DNA of 64,000 nt from a virus. The translations under genes and the position numbers were made by a program. Below, in pieces: positions 9,191 through 21,200 of the stretch (its first letter is position 1; each line of letters opens with the position of its first letter). The stretch lies in the IMG/VR virus record IMGVR_UViG_3300030333_002703, positions 32,001 to 96,000 of that record. One strand, 5' to 3'. The notes beneath the pieces were generated by a model. The model was not told the origin of the DNA. It was given only the letters and a program-made list of their open reading frames with translations, and did not search any database.

Positions 9191-11158
9191 ATGCCATCAA
9201 CAGTGTATAAGGGTGACTTGAGCGAGGTCACATTCGGTCGAGAATCAGGATTATATCTCAAATCAGCAGACAGCGCAGGACACGCATCTGGCTATCCTCA
9301 AACATTCACATGGACTTCTGCGGCAGTCGCAAGTACCAATACTTCCACCATCACATTTGCAGGTGGTATCGCAAATAGTCCAGTACAAAGTACGAAACTA
9401 ATGTATCCAGATGGTATGCTCATTGGTGCAACATTGACATTCCATGCATCAGGTAATTTCGCCAATGATGATTACGCTACAACAGGTCAAATCTATACCA
9501 TTGTGAAACACACAGCGTCGTCTGGTGCTACGGTTTTGACTGTATCGCCACAAATGAATGTTGCGAATAATTCAGCAACAGGTGATGCGATGTACATTCA
9601 TGCATTGGGTACTCCTGCACCGGATGTCACAATGGCTCACAATACTTCTGCAAGCAGTAGCGACGAATCAGTATTGACTGACCAATTCATAGGTCTGGCC
9701 GCAACGGTCACATTACCTGATACAAAAAATGAGATTAAGCGACAACACGTTGTCGGTATTGGTCGTGATGTCGTAGTCCAAGTGGCTGGCAAGCAAGTCA
9801 ACGAGGGTGGTTCTATTGAAGTTATGATGAATAATCCACGTTGGATGTATTACGCATTGGGTGGAACAACCGTTAAGGATACAAGCACAGGTGCAGTTGT
9901 AAGTCCCACATTGGATGGTGCAGTTAGCGCTGGTGATTCACACGTTACTCTATCAGCATTGACAAGTATTGCAGTAGGTGATTATCTGATGATTGAAGAT
10001 ACTACTGCATATCAGATTCCAAGCGATAACCCAGCAACGGCTGGCACAGGTTCCGGTGGCAATACATGGCCGGATAGTACTGCAGCAACCGGATTCAAGT
10101 TCACAGAAACCAATGAAGTGCGTCGTATTGTCGCATTGAATGGGTCCAATTCCAGCAACAGTAAAGTGGTATGGTTGGATGCACCATTAGACTTCGGCCA
10201 TGCAACAGGTAAAACGTGCCGTATTATGCGATATGATACAGCATCATCTAATGGAAGTCCTGATGTGAACAAGGACACCTTAGCCATTACCAATCCATAC
10301 ACACATATGGTCTATAGTTCATGGAATATCCCATCATTCACTTTGGAACACAGTATTCGTAATCGTGATGTTGGAGGATTCCAAACTGAAACAGGCGCAC
10401 TTGAAAACGTACCGGGTACATCGTCTGACGCCAAGACCTTAACACGTGTATTCCGAGGATGCAAAGTGAAGGATTGGTCATTGGGCGCAGATGCAGATGC
10501 CGAAGTCAAATTTACAGTCAATTTCGATGCACTGTCCGTGTACACAGATACTGGAAGATTGGAAGCGAGTGACAAAGGTGACAGATACACCGCACACCGT
10601 ATGTTTGAAAATACAGCAAACAGTGTGGTTAATCGTAAGATTGCAGGTATCGCACCATATACACAAAAACCATACCTATTCTACAACGGGACTATCAAAG
10701 CATTTGGTCAGACCTTGGCGCGTGTAACCAAATTCAATCTAAATGGTAAAAACAATGTTACACAACATTGGACAATCAAAGGAACCGATGCACCATTATA
10801 CAGCACCACTACAACAGGTGAGGCACAAGTTCCATTTGCGGGGTCACGATTCCCAAGTCTAGCCGTTGAAGGTAAAACCGAATACGATTTGGAATTGGAA
10901 ATTATCATTGATGACCCACTTCTATGGCACGAACTACGCAATGCAACCGAGCGAGATTGGACTGCACCTGTTGAATTACAACTCACCAAACAAGGAACAG
11001 GTGCAACCCGCGAACAAATTACCATTACGGTGGAAGATTACATCATGGAAACGGGGCCAATTCCTGTGCCAGAAGATAAAGGTGTGATTCGCACTACCGC
11101 TAAACTACTATGCAAGCACGTCAAGATGGAGACTACTGGAACACTCATAGGATTGTGA
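9191..11158 (+). CDS. Major tail tube protein, enlarged by inserted domains
   Basis: SEVTFGRES start, PSFTLEHS, RVFRGCKVKDWSL tube-like motifs; upstream of chaperone and tape measure. Confidence 0.7.
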   Translation: MPSTVYKGDLSEVTFGRESGLYLKSADSAGHASGYPQTFTWTSAAVASTNTSTITFAGGIANSPVQSTKLMYPDGMLIGATLTFHASGNFANDDYATTGQIYTIVKHTASSGATVLTVSPQMNVANNSATGDAMYIHALGTPAPDVTMAHNTSASSSDESVLTDQFIGLAATVTLPDTKNEIKRQHVVGIGRDVVVQVAGKQVNEGGSIEVMMNNPRWMYYALGGTTVKDTSTGAVVSPTLDGAVSAGDSHVTLSALTSIAVGDYLMIEDTTAYQIPSDNPATAGTGSGGNTWPDSTAATGFKFTETNEVRRIVALNGSNSSNSKVVWLDAPLDFGHATGKTCRIMRYDTASSNGSPDVNKDTLAITNPYTHMVYSSWNIPSFTLEHSIRNRDVGGFQTETGALENVPGTSSDAKTLTRVFRGCKVKDWSLGADADAEVKFTVNFDALSVYTDTGRLEASDKGDRYTAHRMFENTANSVVNRKIAGIAPYTQKPYLFYNGTIKAFGQTLARVTKFNLNGKNNVTQHWTIKGTDAPLYSTTTTGEAQVPFAGSRFPSLAVEGKTEYDLELEIIIDDPLLWHELRNATERDWTAPVELQLTKQGTGATREQITITVEDYIMETGPIPVPEDKGVIRTTAKLLCKHVKMETTGTLIGL

Positions 11159-11159
11159 T

Positions 11160-11579
11160 ATGATGGCACGACGATTCAGTATGCATCCCGGCGACCCAGA
11201 CCGTGTAATACGACAAGCAGAATTAAAAGCAGAAAGTGTACCACTCAAACCCCTTGTTGAAGAGGTCTTTGACCCCGAGGCATCCAAACCAACGGATGAC
11301 CCATTCCCTGAAGAACTGCAGGATTACAGTTCTATGACCGTTGCAGAACTGAAAGCACTATGCGCCGAGCGTGGTCTTGCAGTATCTGGAACAAAAAACG
11401 AACTCATTGAGCGATTGAATCTCAATGATGCATCCGATTCCACCGAAGCCCCCGCTGAAGAAGCGGCTGTTGAGGAGGAAGTGGTGGCTCCCGCTGAAGA
11501 AGCGGCAACCACCGAAGAAACCGTAGAAGGTGAAGTAAGTGAGTCAGGAGGAGAGAACAGTGGCGAACCCACTGAATAA
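11160..11579 (+). CDS. SAP-domain protein with acidic tail
   Basis: YSSMTVAELKALCAERGLAVSGTKNELIERL matches SAP consensus. Confidence 0.85.
   Translation: MMARRFSMHPGDPDRVIRQAELKAESVPLKPLVEEVFDPEASKPTDDPFPEELQDYSSMTVAELKALCAERGLAVSGTKNELIERLNLNDASDSTEAPAEEAAVEEEVVAPAEEAATTEETVEGEVSESGGENSGEPTE
11451..11506 (+). repeat. 17-bp direct repeat (cccgctgaagaagcggc x2) encoding APAEEAA
   Basis: Copies at 11451-11467 and 11490-11506. Confidence 0.85.
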
Positions 11580-11955
11580 TAGCAGACAAGGCGAGCAGAT
11601 AATTGCAGATAAATCATCACTACTAGTGAAAAGTGGTGTAACGGAACACATAATTCGTGTGGACCCTAGCAATGAATCCCTCGTAATGAAGGTCAATGTG
11701 CGTGATTTATCGTTCATAGATATGCAGAAAGCGATTAAATCATTCGTTTCTATTGAAATGGATGGCGGTATTGAAATTGACCTTGCTGGATATTGGCGAT
11801 ACATGATGGAAAAGTGCATTGTAAGCACGGAACCATCGCTATCCGTGGTTGAGATGACAGGTCTCAATCAATTTGCAGGACAACAACTAACGTCTGTTCT
11901 GCCACAACCACAGGACCTATTATCAGGCCCTTTGGAGGATGGCAGCAGCGAGTAG
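11539..11955 (+). CDS. Tail assembly chaperone (lambda gpG analog)
   Basis: Between tail tube and tape measure; ends just after a slippery heptamer; alternative GTG start 11560. Confidence 0.75.
   Translation: MSQEERTVANPLNNSRQGEQIIADKSSLLVKSGVTEHIIRVDPSNESLVMKVNVRDLSFIDMQKAIKSFVSIEMDGGIEIDLAGYWRYMMEKCIVSTEPSLSVVEMTGLNQFAGQQLTSVLPQPQDLLSGPLEDGSSE
11928..11934 (+). other. Programmed -1 ribosomal frameshift site C CCT TTG
   Basis: X XXY YYZ in the chaperone frame; the -1 frame is open from 11928 into ORF 11970-12218. Confidence 0.8.
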
Positions 11956-11969
11956 AAGAAACGTATCAT

Positions 11970-12218
11970 TTGATGCAAAATCCTGCCAACGATAATATCC
12001 CATTCATGTTTGATTCTGCCATCTACTTTGTTGCTAAGCATTATGGGTTAAGCATACCCGAAGTGCGGGCTATGACCGAAGAAGATTTTGCGGATTCATT
12101 TGTATTCGCGGCAGCGTCTGAACGAATTAAGCACGAAGAAATGGAGAAAGCGACCAAAGATGCCAAAAGCGGTACTCAAGTAGGTCCGAACAAGGGGCAA
12201 CCGTTCCCGTTTGAATGA
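11970..12218 (+). CDS. Frameshift extension of tail chaperone (gpT analog)
   Basis: YFVAKHYGLSIPEVRAMT motif typical of gpT-like segments; no clear RBS; in the -1 frame of the upstream gene. Confidence 0.7.
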   Translation: MMQNPANDNIPFMFDSAIYFVAKHYGLSIPEVRAMTEEDFADSFVFAAASERIKHEEMEKATKDAKSGTQVGPNKGQPFPFE

Positions 12219-12227
12219 GGTGATTGA

Positions 12228-13949
12228 ATGGCAGATACGACCCAACGAGCAACTCAAGATACGGCGGCTCTACAAAGACAGATTCAAGGGCAAGTTGTAT
12301 CTCTCGGTCTTTTAGAAAAGGCACAATTGAAAGTTCACAAAGCAATGGTGAATATGCCCGGTTTGAAAACAATACTGCAAATGAAACAATTTGTTGGAGG
12401 GATTATGGGAGCGCATAAAGCCAATACGCAATTAGCGCAAGGACAGCAAAATGCAAATAAACGAGCAAATACCAATTTGTCTGTCATACAACAATTGTGG
12501 GTATCCATGACAGCATATGGGGCAGCGACAAGGGTAGCAACTAAAGGAACTTCTGGATTAGGCAAAGCCATGTTTTCATTGGTTGGTAGCATGATGTTTA
12601 TTTTTGGTATTTTTTTATTGCTGGTATTAGGTCTAGGATTAGTTGCAGTTGCCTTTGCTGATGCTAATAGCCCGATGGTACAGATGATGGAAAATACGCC
12701 GGTATTATCAAATGTTTTGAGTGGATTACAAATTGTCTTAACAGGTGAAGATGGTGCAAGTGGAGCCGCTGGTGCATTCGATGTATTCGTAGTGGCCGCT
12801 ATCGCAGCAGCAGCATCACTCGCATTATTTGGTGCGCCTATTGCTATATTGGTAGGAACTTTAGTCGCAACTGTTGGCATTTTCAAATGGTTCAAAAAAG
12901 AAACAGGAAGTACATTTGGTGCAATTGCGGCAGGTACGGCAGTTGCAGCAGCAGGTTTGTATGCATTCGGCGCATTTATTGGTGGATGGGTAGGAACGAT
13001 ATTGACAACAGTAATGGGACCAATTGCCCTTATTGCTGGTGGTATCGCAGGTCTGGTAGCCGTGGCTTCAGGCGCAATGAGTGACGCAAAAGCAATTCTT
13101 GTGGGCATTGTCAGTGCTGTGTTACTGGCAGTAGGATTGATTGTTGCGGGTGTTGCTATTGTTCCTGCTGCAATCATCGCCGCAGTTGCGTTGGTTCTCG
13201 CCATCATTTGGCGATTCCGTGACCAAATTATTGAAGGCATTACATGGTTCCTTGGATGGCTATGGGCTGGTGTCGAAACTGTTGGTACTATTTTATGGAC
13301 TATTGGTGAAGTGATTGTTTCTGCAGTAGTGTTCATTGTCACACTACCGTTCAAACTCATTTGGGGATTGTTGAAATTCTTATTCAGCATACCCGGTATG
13401 TTGTTCAATCTAGGTAAGAAGATTGGTGAAGCCACCGTGAAGCCATTCTTAGACCTTGTAGCGGCAGTCAAATCTATTGGTGCTGGCCTGAAAGATAAAT
13501 TTATGTCTGGTGTTAATTGGTTCTTGAATTTACCCAATACGATTATCGCTGGTGTCAAAGCAGGGATGGCGGCATTTGATAGTGCATTCCGTGGTTTTTG
13601 GAATCAATATATTTCACAAACATGGACAGTTCCGAGATTCATTATGAAACTCACAGGTTTGCCTCGCAAACTCAATTTCCCACCAGAGATGGCAGATGGT
13701 GGTATTGTATCAGGTCCGAAAAGTGGATACCCTGCTACATTACACGGTACTGAAGCCGTAGTCCCATTACCTGATGGGCGCTCTATCCCTGTTACTATGA
13801 AAGGTGGTACTGGTGGCGGAGGTCACACATTCAATATCCATGTGGATGCGTCTGGCATTGCCATTCTATCACATCAACAAAAGATGTCATTCGCCAAAGA
13901 AATTGGCAATCTCATCAAAGATGAAATCAATAAAAGCAGTCCATTCTAG
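12228..13949 (+). CDS. Tail tape measure protein
   Basis: Ala/Gly/hydrophobic helical protein after chaperone; C-terminal MADGGIVSGP...LHGTEAVVPL motif. Confidence 0.85.
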   Translation: MADTTQRATQDTAALQRQIQGQVVSLGLLEKAQLKVHKAMVNMPGLKTILQMKQFVGGIMGAHKANTQLAQGQQNANKRANTNLSVIQQLWVSMTAYGAATRVATKGTSGLGKAMFSLVGSMMFIFGIFLLLVLGLGLVAVAFADANSPMVQMMENTPVLSNVLSGLQIVLTGEDGASGAAGAFDVFVVAAIAAAASLALFGAPIAILVGTLVATVGIFKWFKKETGSTFGAIAAGTAVAAAGLYAFGAFIGGWVGTILTTVMGPIALIAGGIAGLVAVASGAMSDAKAILVGIVSAVLLAVGLIVAGVAIVPAAIIAAVALVLAIIWRFRDQIIEGITWFLGWLWAGVETVGTILWTIGEVIVSAVVFIVTLPFKLIWGLLKFLFSIPGMLFNLGKKIGEATVKPFLDLVAAVKSIGAGLKDKFMSGVNWFLNLPNTIIAGVKAGMAAFDSAFRGFWNQYISQTWTVPRFIMKLTGLPRKLNFPPEMADGGIVSGPKSGYPATLHGTEAVVPLPDGRSIPVTMKGGTGGGGHTFNIHVDASGIAILSHQQKMSFAKEIGNLIKDEINKSSPF

Positions 13950-13957
13950 GTGATATT

Positions 13958-15247
13958 ATGTCAGTTCCAATTCGTCTTGTGCAACGCAATGGAGACCTCA
14001 TTTCGTTAGATGCATTAGATTTCAATTTCAATATCGCACGTGGCACTACACCTGTACCTATTCCTATGTTCGGAGAACGAGCCGCAGCAGATTTGAATGT
14101 CGTTACCACTAGCATCACTATGAGTGTGATTATACGCGATGATGATTGTGAATCAACAGATGTCTCACCACAATCTGCTTCAGCATTCATTGATTTTGGT
14201 AAGCCCAATGAACGAGATGCAAATCAAATTGGTGCAGGGTCGTATTTCTTAGGTGATGGTGGAACCGTTACGATTGGGCAAAGCACTGGTGAAGACATTA
14301 CCAACAAAGAATTCCAAATAAAATCTACCCACCATCAACAATCAGGCACTGGTCCTGTCATCATCAAATTCATTGCTGATGCCGCTGGCTCTTTAGGTGC
14401 TGCGACATACAGTTCTGGAACGGTGAGTATCAATCTCTATCATGCTAACTTGGTACACGCATCTGCGCCATCTCCATCATCGGGTGCATTCGATAGCATT
14501 GGAGAAGAGGTTGCGACATACCTCACCAATGCATTAAACAATTCAGCCAACATTGGTATCACCACAACAAGCACAGGAGATACAGGTCTTAGTCATGCAT
14601 TTACAGCCACTTTGAATAATGGTATATTCCCCACTACATTAGGCAGCACACGTGTAGATATTGTGCAAAAAGAAACGGGGGTAAATGGAGATAGTGCAAC
14701 TCCCGTATTTTGGGATTTGACTTCATCAGGGTCTAGCAATCAATTGGCGTGTAAGCCACCATCATTTCGTACATTCCGTGGTGGTAAAGGTAGTACGTGC
14801 AAATCTGCAGGTGACAAAGTACAAGACCTTATCGCCAATGTATCGAATAGTAACGTCATGGGTGCAGTCGGTCAAGTCATTTCACTAGATGCAAATGAAG
14901 AACGAAAAAGTGTCATCAGTACTGATTTCAATAGTTTGGACCCGACTGCAGGAGCCACAGATGACTATATTGTAGGTATTCAAATACCATACAATTCATT
15001 GATTCAAGCGGCTGGAACTACATCAACTGTGGCTCGCAATTTCTTACTTGTGACAGGTCTTAGTCCTGCGGCTAATCAAGGTTCAGAAGCCAATACATTA
15101 CCTGCGAGTACAACTTTCGATGTGTTAGATGTCTATACAGGTATTCGTGGCACTGTAACAACTCTCCAACTTAAGTATTCAGCAGGTGATACCTTCTACG
15201 GAGGTTCAATCACATTCAACCCAATTGACTTCATTGCAGGACCGTGA
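13958..15247 (+). CDS. Putative distal tail/baseplate hub protein
   Basis: Follows tape measure; Ser/Thr/Gly-rich; GGTGA RBS. Confidence 0.55.
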   Translation: MSVPIRLVQRNGDLISLDALDFNFNIARGTTPVPIPMFGERAAADLNVVTTSITMSVIIRDDDCESTDVSPQSASAFIDFGKPNERDANQIGAGSYFLGDGGTVTIGQSTGEDITNKEFQIKSTHHQQSGTGPVIIKFIADAAGSLGAATYSSGTVSINLYHANLVHASAPSPSSGAFDSIGEEVATYLTNALNNSANIGITTTSTGDTGLSHAFTATLNNGIFPTTLGSTRVDIVQKETGVNGDSATPVFWDLTSSGSSNQLACKPPSFRTFRGGKGSTCKSAGDKVQDLIANVSNSNVMGAVGQVISLDANEERKSVISTDFNSLDPTAGATDDYIVGIQIPYNSLIQAAGTTSTVARNFLLVTGLSPAANQGSEANTLPASTTFDVLDVYTGIRGTVTTLQLKYSAGDTFYGGSITFNPIDFIAGP

Positions 15248-15251
15248 TATT

Positions 15252-18200
15252 ATGACACTGATTGGTAAAAGTAGCCATGCAATGTTTTTCAATGGTATAT
15301 CAGATGGTATCTTGGTTCCGCAAGCACCATTCTCTAAAACTGGGACACAAACTACTCATGGTAAATCATACGACGCGACATTGGGTGGGCAAGGTCAAAA
15401 CGTAAATACCAAAATGAGTAAAACTAGTGAATCATTCAGCGTTGAAGCATGGGTAGTGCCTGATTGTGGTGGTGTGATTGCTTCCAAAGAAGGTGTGTTT
15501 GAATTACGAATTGGGGATATTAGCACACCCGGCCCAGCCCAATTTACAGTTCACACTTACGATGAAAATGTAGGTAAGCAATCTGTAACGGCTACAACAG
15601 CGTCACCTGTGATTGTATCTGGGGCGCACAAAGGGTGGGATGGCATCGTATATCCAACGGATGCATCCGTGGCTCTACAAGGCACGTTCAATCGCTTCAA
15701 TACGGGTAAAACAGATGAATCTGCATTGAATCGTAATTCACGTGAATTGATTTACATTGTTGGTGTGTTCACTGGGCAACAAGTCAAACTGTATGTAAAT
15801 GGAGAATTGGTAGCATCTGAAAAACTTCAACGTAAAACACGTAGCGCTCATTCATCTGCTAATCTATACATTGGTGGTAAAGGTGGTGAATATCGTGGTC
15901 GTATTGAAGGTGTACATTGGCGACGTGGGTTCGCTGAAAGTAATGCCATACCTAGTTCACTATTACCAAACACTGATACTATTGGATTGTGGCGGTTTGA
16001 AGAACCCATTGATGTGCCAGATATTTCACTGACATTGAAATCTGCAGCATCAGCATCAACAAATGCCAGTGGTAGTACATTGACAATATCCAACGCTGAT
16101 GGTAAAGCGTTGATGGAATACATCACAGGTTCAACACCTACGGCAACAACCACATTAGACCTTGCTTCATCCACATATAGCAATGGCAAATATCAGATAA
16201 CTACAGCCGGTGCATTACAACAACCTGACCATCTTCCTATCAATCTCATCATTAATCCCACAGGTGTGGATGAAAAAACTGGCATTGCGTATCAAACAAG
16301 CCCCCCAGAGCGCGTTAGATTGAAGCAAGTGGTATGGAATGCCGATGGCACTACAGACAGCACCCTGACGGTGTATAGTATCCATTTAGATTTTAGCAAT
16401 AGCACCACCACAGGTCTGCGTGGATTATTACACGCACACGCAGCCAATGATACTACCAACCAACTTGCGAAAGGTTCGACCATTGCCGTTATCAATTCAG
16501 ACCTACTGATTGATTCAGGTAGTGGATTACCATTACGCGCACCCGGTCAAGGTACACAAATCATTGACCGTACAGGCCAAATGGTAATTGATGAAGTCGG
16601 TGGCAATCATGGATTCATTTTCAATACACAAATTGCTACTGACACTACAAATAACCCATTCGCATTCAATTGGGGTGCGACAGAACTACCTGTTGGATTC
16701 CAAGCCGGTCATACAGGCCGACACAAATTCACACACATCACTGGGCATCCATATCTTCAGCATTTACCCGAAGCCACTGAAGAAATAGTTGAACGAAATT
16801 TAGATGGTGACAGTGATTCATTTACAGCATTCTATGAAGGAAGCGCATTAGGTCTGCGTCGTCAAGTGCCATTGGGGTCATTGATGGATGTTCACCGCCA
16901 AGCATTTGTCGGGTCGGCCATCAATGTGGAAAATACAGGTACAGTAGTTGAAGCCGTTGAGAATGGATTAGCAGGTTTTGACACTACGGCACGACAACTC
17001 ATTGCTATTGGTGGTGAGGGATTCGACCCAATACCATTTTTATTGAAAGGTCATGCATTCCTTGGTGAAGATGGAACTACAGATACCTATGATATGCACC
17101 TAACACCTGAAGATACATCACGTGTGGCTATTTTGGAATGTGCAATGGGAAGTGACGCCGCACCATATGTGGAAATCCATTACAATGCCATTGATTTGGA
17201 TGGTAGCCGTATTCAGTATGCTGCAACAGGGACAACATCAGCGGCATGGGATAATACCAATCATCGTATCACATTGACCAATAATGGCACGAAAGCATTT
17301 GGTCCTAACAGTGGAACATTCGATGGATACCATCTCATCTGCGATGGGGAACGGGCTTACGATTCTAAAGGAACTGTTACTTTTACAATTGACCACACCA
17401 ATCACCGATTGAATGCAACATCAGGTGGTTCAAGTGTCCGAACTGCATTTGAAGGTAAGATTGCGGCTGCTGGTGCTATTGTATATTTAGAACTTACAGG
17501 TGCAGCGTTATGTGTAACTAAAACTGTGCCGGATGCATCATCTATTATCAGTGGAACACAAGTCATTGATTACATTCATACTGCATTAGCATCGGGGGCA
17601 ACATTACACGCTCCCGGTGGTGTAGTGACCATCAGCGATGATGTATTGGGAGCGGGTAGTGTCGCATTTCAAAATCATCGTATGGTAGGCGATAATACAG
17701 GTGGCACAACATATGAAATGGAATTGGACAACACTTTGATTCCGGCCAATCATGTTCCCAATTCTGCTACAGATACTCCGCAATCACCCCCAAAAGGAAT
17801 TGTTGCTTCTCATGTAATTGATGCTACGCATTCACCTGTTTATCACAAAATGGTTATCCGCAATTCTCAATCTGGAACATCAGGTTCTGCAGCCGGTAAT
17901 TCAAGCGACCCTGCTATTACAAACGCACCTGATATATTCCGATTATCGCCACGGAAAGAAGCGACTTCAAATGCAAATGGAGTATTCGATACTCCAGCCA
18001 CCAATCATGCGACTAATCTGTTTGAGGTATTCGATATTATTGACAATTGGCAAGTCGGGAAAAATCATGTATTGATAGTACAACCAACAGACCGTACACG
18101 CACTATGCAATTGACAAAATTCGCAAGTGAATCTACACAATCCAATGACCCTAATTTCCTAAGTGTCGAGTTCTTACAATGTCGTGGTCGTGTCCAAGAC

Positions 18201-21200
18201 TTCCGTGAAAAAACAGACGACAAAGGGCGACAACTCATTATCCGAGGTTTAGGATTAGTACATGATATTCGAGATGCTAATGCATCACTTTTGGGTGACG
18301 GCTCTCCTGATTCACACGGCGTCAAAGAAATTATTCCCGGTGGGCCTGTAGTTGCCGTATCATTGGGTGGTCCCGGTCAAGGTGCATTGGATACCAAGCC
18401 CACATATGACCCATCACCAATGGCTCGTATTGGGTGGAATACTCGTCGCCCATGTGCGGCTGTAGTCAATACAGTGGATGTATCATCTACACCTCGTACC
18501 ATTACCTTGAGTCCGTACAATAATCAATCTAAACATTTGGCTAGTTGGGGGCATATTTGCTTCCCTCCTAGTAGTGGTTCAAGCGGTAGCAATGATGCTC
18601 GGGTGTATCTCAAAACAGGTGCATCTGCAGCATACTATGACATCGTAGCAGGTGAGATTCTTTTCGACACAACTGATACCAATATGGCAGGATGGTTCGT
18701 CAATGCCGATGGGTCATTGGAAAGTACATTCGCTGATTGGGTCACTACCAACGTATTACCTGCTGGAACCATTCTATACACAGACCCATACATTGGGGAT
18801 GATACAATGTCAGAAGATGGCACGACCGTGCAAGACCGTATGTTCCAAAAATTGAGTAGTGTAACACATGATTACCAATTAGGCACACAGTATGCTTCCA
18901 CACGTGCATTGGTTGAGATACCATTTTTCCCCCATCAATTCTTTGAAGATGCTGAAGAAGGTATTTTCCCCGGTCCGAACAATAGTATGAAACTGACGTT
19001 AGATGCTACCATGACCGCCCACACATGGAATCCTAAACCTGTAGGGCGAAGATTGTGTGATTCAAGCATTGCCGCTGACCCAACTGTATTGGGTCCATAT
19101 ACTCGTAATTGGATAACATCTGGTCTGCGTGATACGTCTATTGTATCTGTTACCTATGTATCGGCTTCTTCTCCTGCACCTGCACATTGGTTATTTGAAG
19201 TGGATGACGCATCTATTTTCCCACAGGCTATGGAAGGATTGATTACATCAGCCAGTGCATCTGGATTAGGTCGAGCCGGTATAGCGAAAGGTGGCGCAGT
19301 ATCTCGAACACGGCGATTCTTTTTGCCTGATGGTAGTTGGGCAATTTATGACCGTGTAGATTACACCAATAATACAATTCGTGTGAATGATTTGTTATCA
19401 GGCTATGGTATCCGAACAACAGATTCTGGTGGTCATACTACAAATTCCAAAACAAATGAAAATAATGCAATAGGATTCGGAATGGGCAAAACCAAAGGTG
19501 GTCATACATGGAGACCTCTTTATGGTGAATGGCAAACAAACAGAGAAAGTCGGCAAGATGGTGAATGGGTCATCCAACCTATTACTTCACCTGAAATGAT
19601 TGGAAAACGTATTTCACCAACTGCTCACATATTCAATGGAGATATCCCATCCATCAATGACGGTGAAGGATATTCAGTAGCCGAAGCGCAATCTTTCACA
19701 TCACCATTTTACCATGACCAAGCCAGTGTATTGACACAAGGTAGTGGATTGGATTACGGATTGAAACAATATGTCAGCGCTGTCGAGTTCAAAGCAGGGC
19801 CGGAAGAAAATCCACATACTGCTAAATTACAAACGGGGGCATGGCGTGGTAAGATTCTTAGTTACAAAAACAATGTATTGATAGTGGATAATGCAGAAAA
19901 CTTCCCACCCATTGGTGCAATGCTACGATATGGCTCACAAAGTGTATTGGATTGGAAAGTACGAAATGAGAATACTGGATTAGAATTACAAATCAATTAT
20001 CTAGCAACAACTACTTCGATAAGTGAACCTGTATTTAGCGCTAAAGTATGGTCAAGTAGTGCTACCGCTGTATTGGGAACCCACTTCAAAATTGGAGATG
20101 AACTTACCATTATGTCATTGGAAGTGAATCCCAATACAGGTGGATATGCTACAACATGGCCGAAAGTGATGCACGATGCAATTCTCAACAAAGAATGGTT
20201 AGGACCGTATGCATCTGGCGGATTGCGTAACGGTGATACCATATGGATGAATATGCACTACACTAACCCACACGCAACCGATGGTATATTCTGTAAGAGT
20301 CGAGGTGTAGTCAATGATTGGGAAGTTCATTCCATGTTCAATGGAGGTCTTGGTCAATTTGACTTACGTTCACGTAACAGTATCCCAATGGAGAACTTCT
20401 TGATTGGGAATACGTGTCGTGAGACTGCGGAAAATTATGTCCAACACGTGAACAAAACAATTGAACAAAATCTGATACAACTAGGTATTCACACTACACG
20501 AACTGTTGCTTTCCTTGACCCATATCTATGTACTGATGACCATGCACGTGTATTGCTATACGATGTCGAAGCAGACCGAGAATGTGTAGCGTTCCATGAT
20601 TTGTATATGCAGGTTCAATCATCTCCTGATGCTGTCAAAATTGACAATATGGATGCTGCAAATGGGTTCATATCTCAACGACGTGATGTGGATATTTCAG
20701 GGTGGTTGTCCACATCACAAGAACAAGATTACCCACATGACCATACTGACCATGTGAAGATACGCAGTGACCACGGTAAATCGTCATACATTGAAGGCGC
20801 ATACAGTCATTCTGATGGAGTCACTATGAATGTTGAACGATTATCTCAAGATGATTCAGAAACAGCCATAGCACGATGGGCCATTGATGATAGATACAAT
20901 CGCAATTATGAAGAATATGCAAAGCAAGGAGATTGCACAAGTCGATACGCAGTGCCACGCACAACAGATGGTGTATGTTGTTACACTCAAGCAGAACTAT
21001 GGTTCGGTCAAGGTATTGAAGATGCAAAAGAAGCCGCAGCGTTTTGGGCAAGTAAAAGTGTGACTGGTGTCACCTCAACTACTACAGTTGCGGCGGCGGG
21101 AGGAACAGGCAGTCAATCTTTTGATGATTCTACTACCGCAATACAATTCAATAGCCACACTTTAGATACGCCAAATGGTACACGAACAATATCTGCATTC

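Noticed and set aside
12335-13558. 407-aa - strand ORF
   Set aside because: Antisense shadow of the Ala/Gly/Ile-rich tape measure gene; no RBS or motifs
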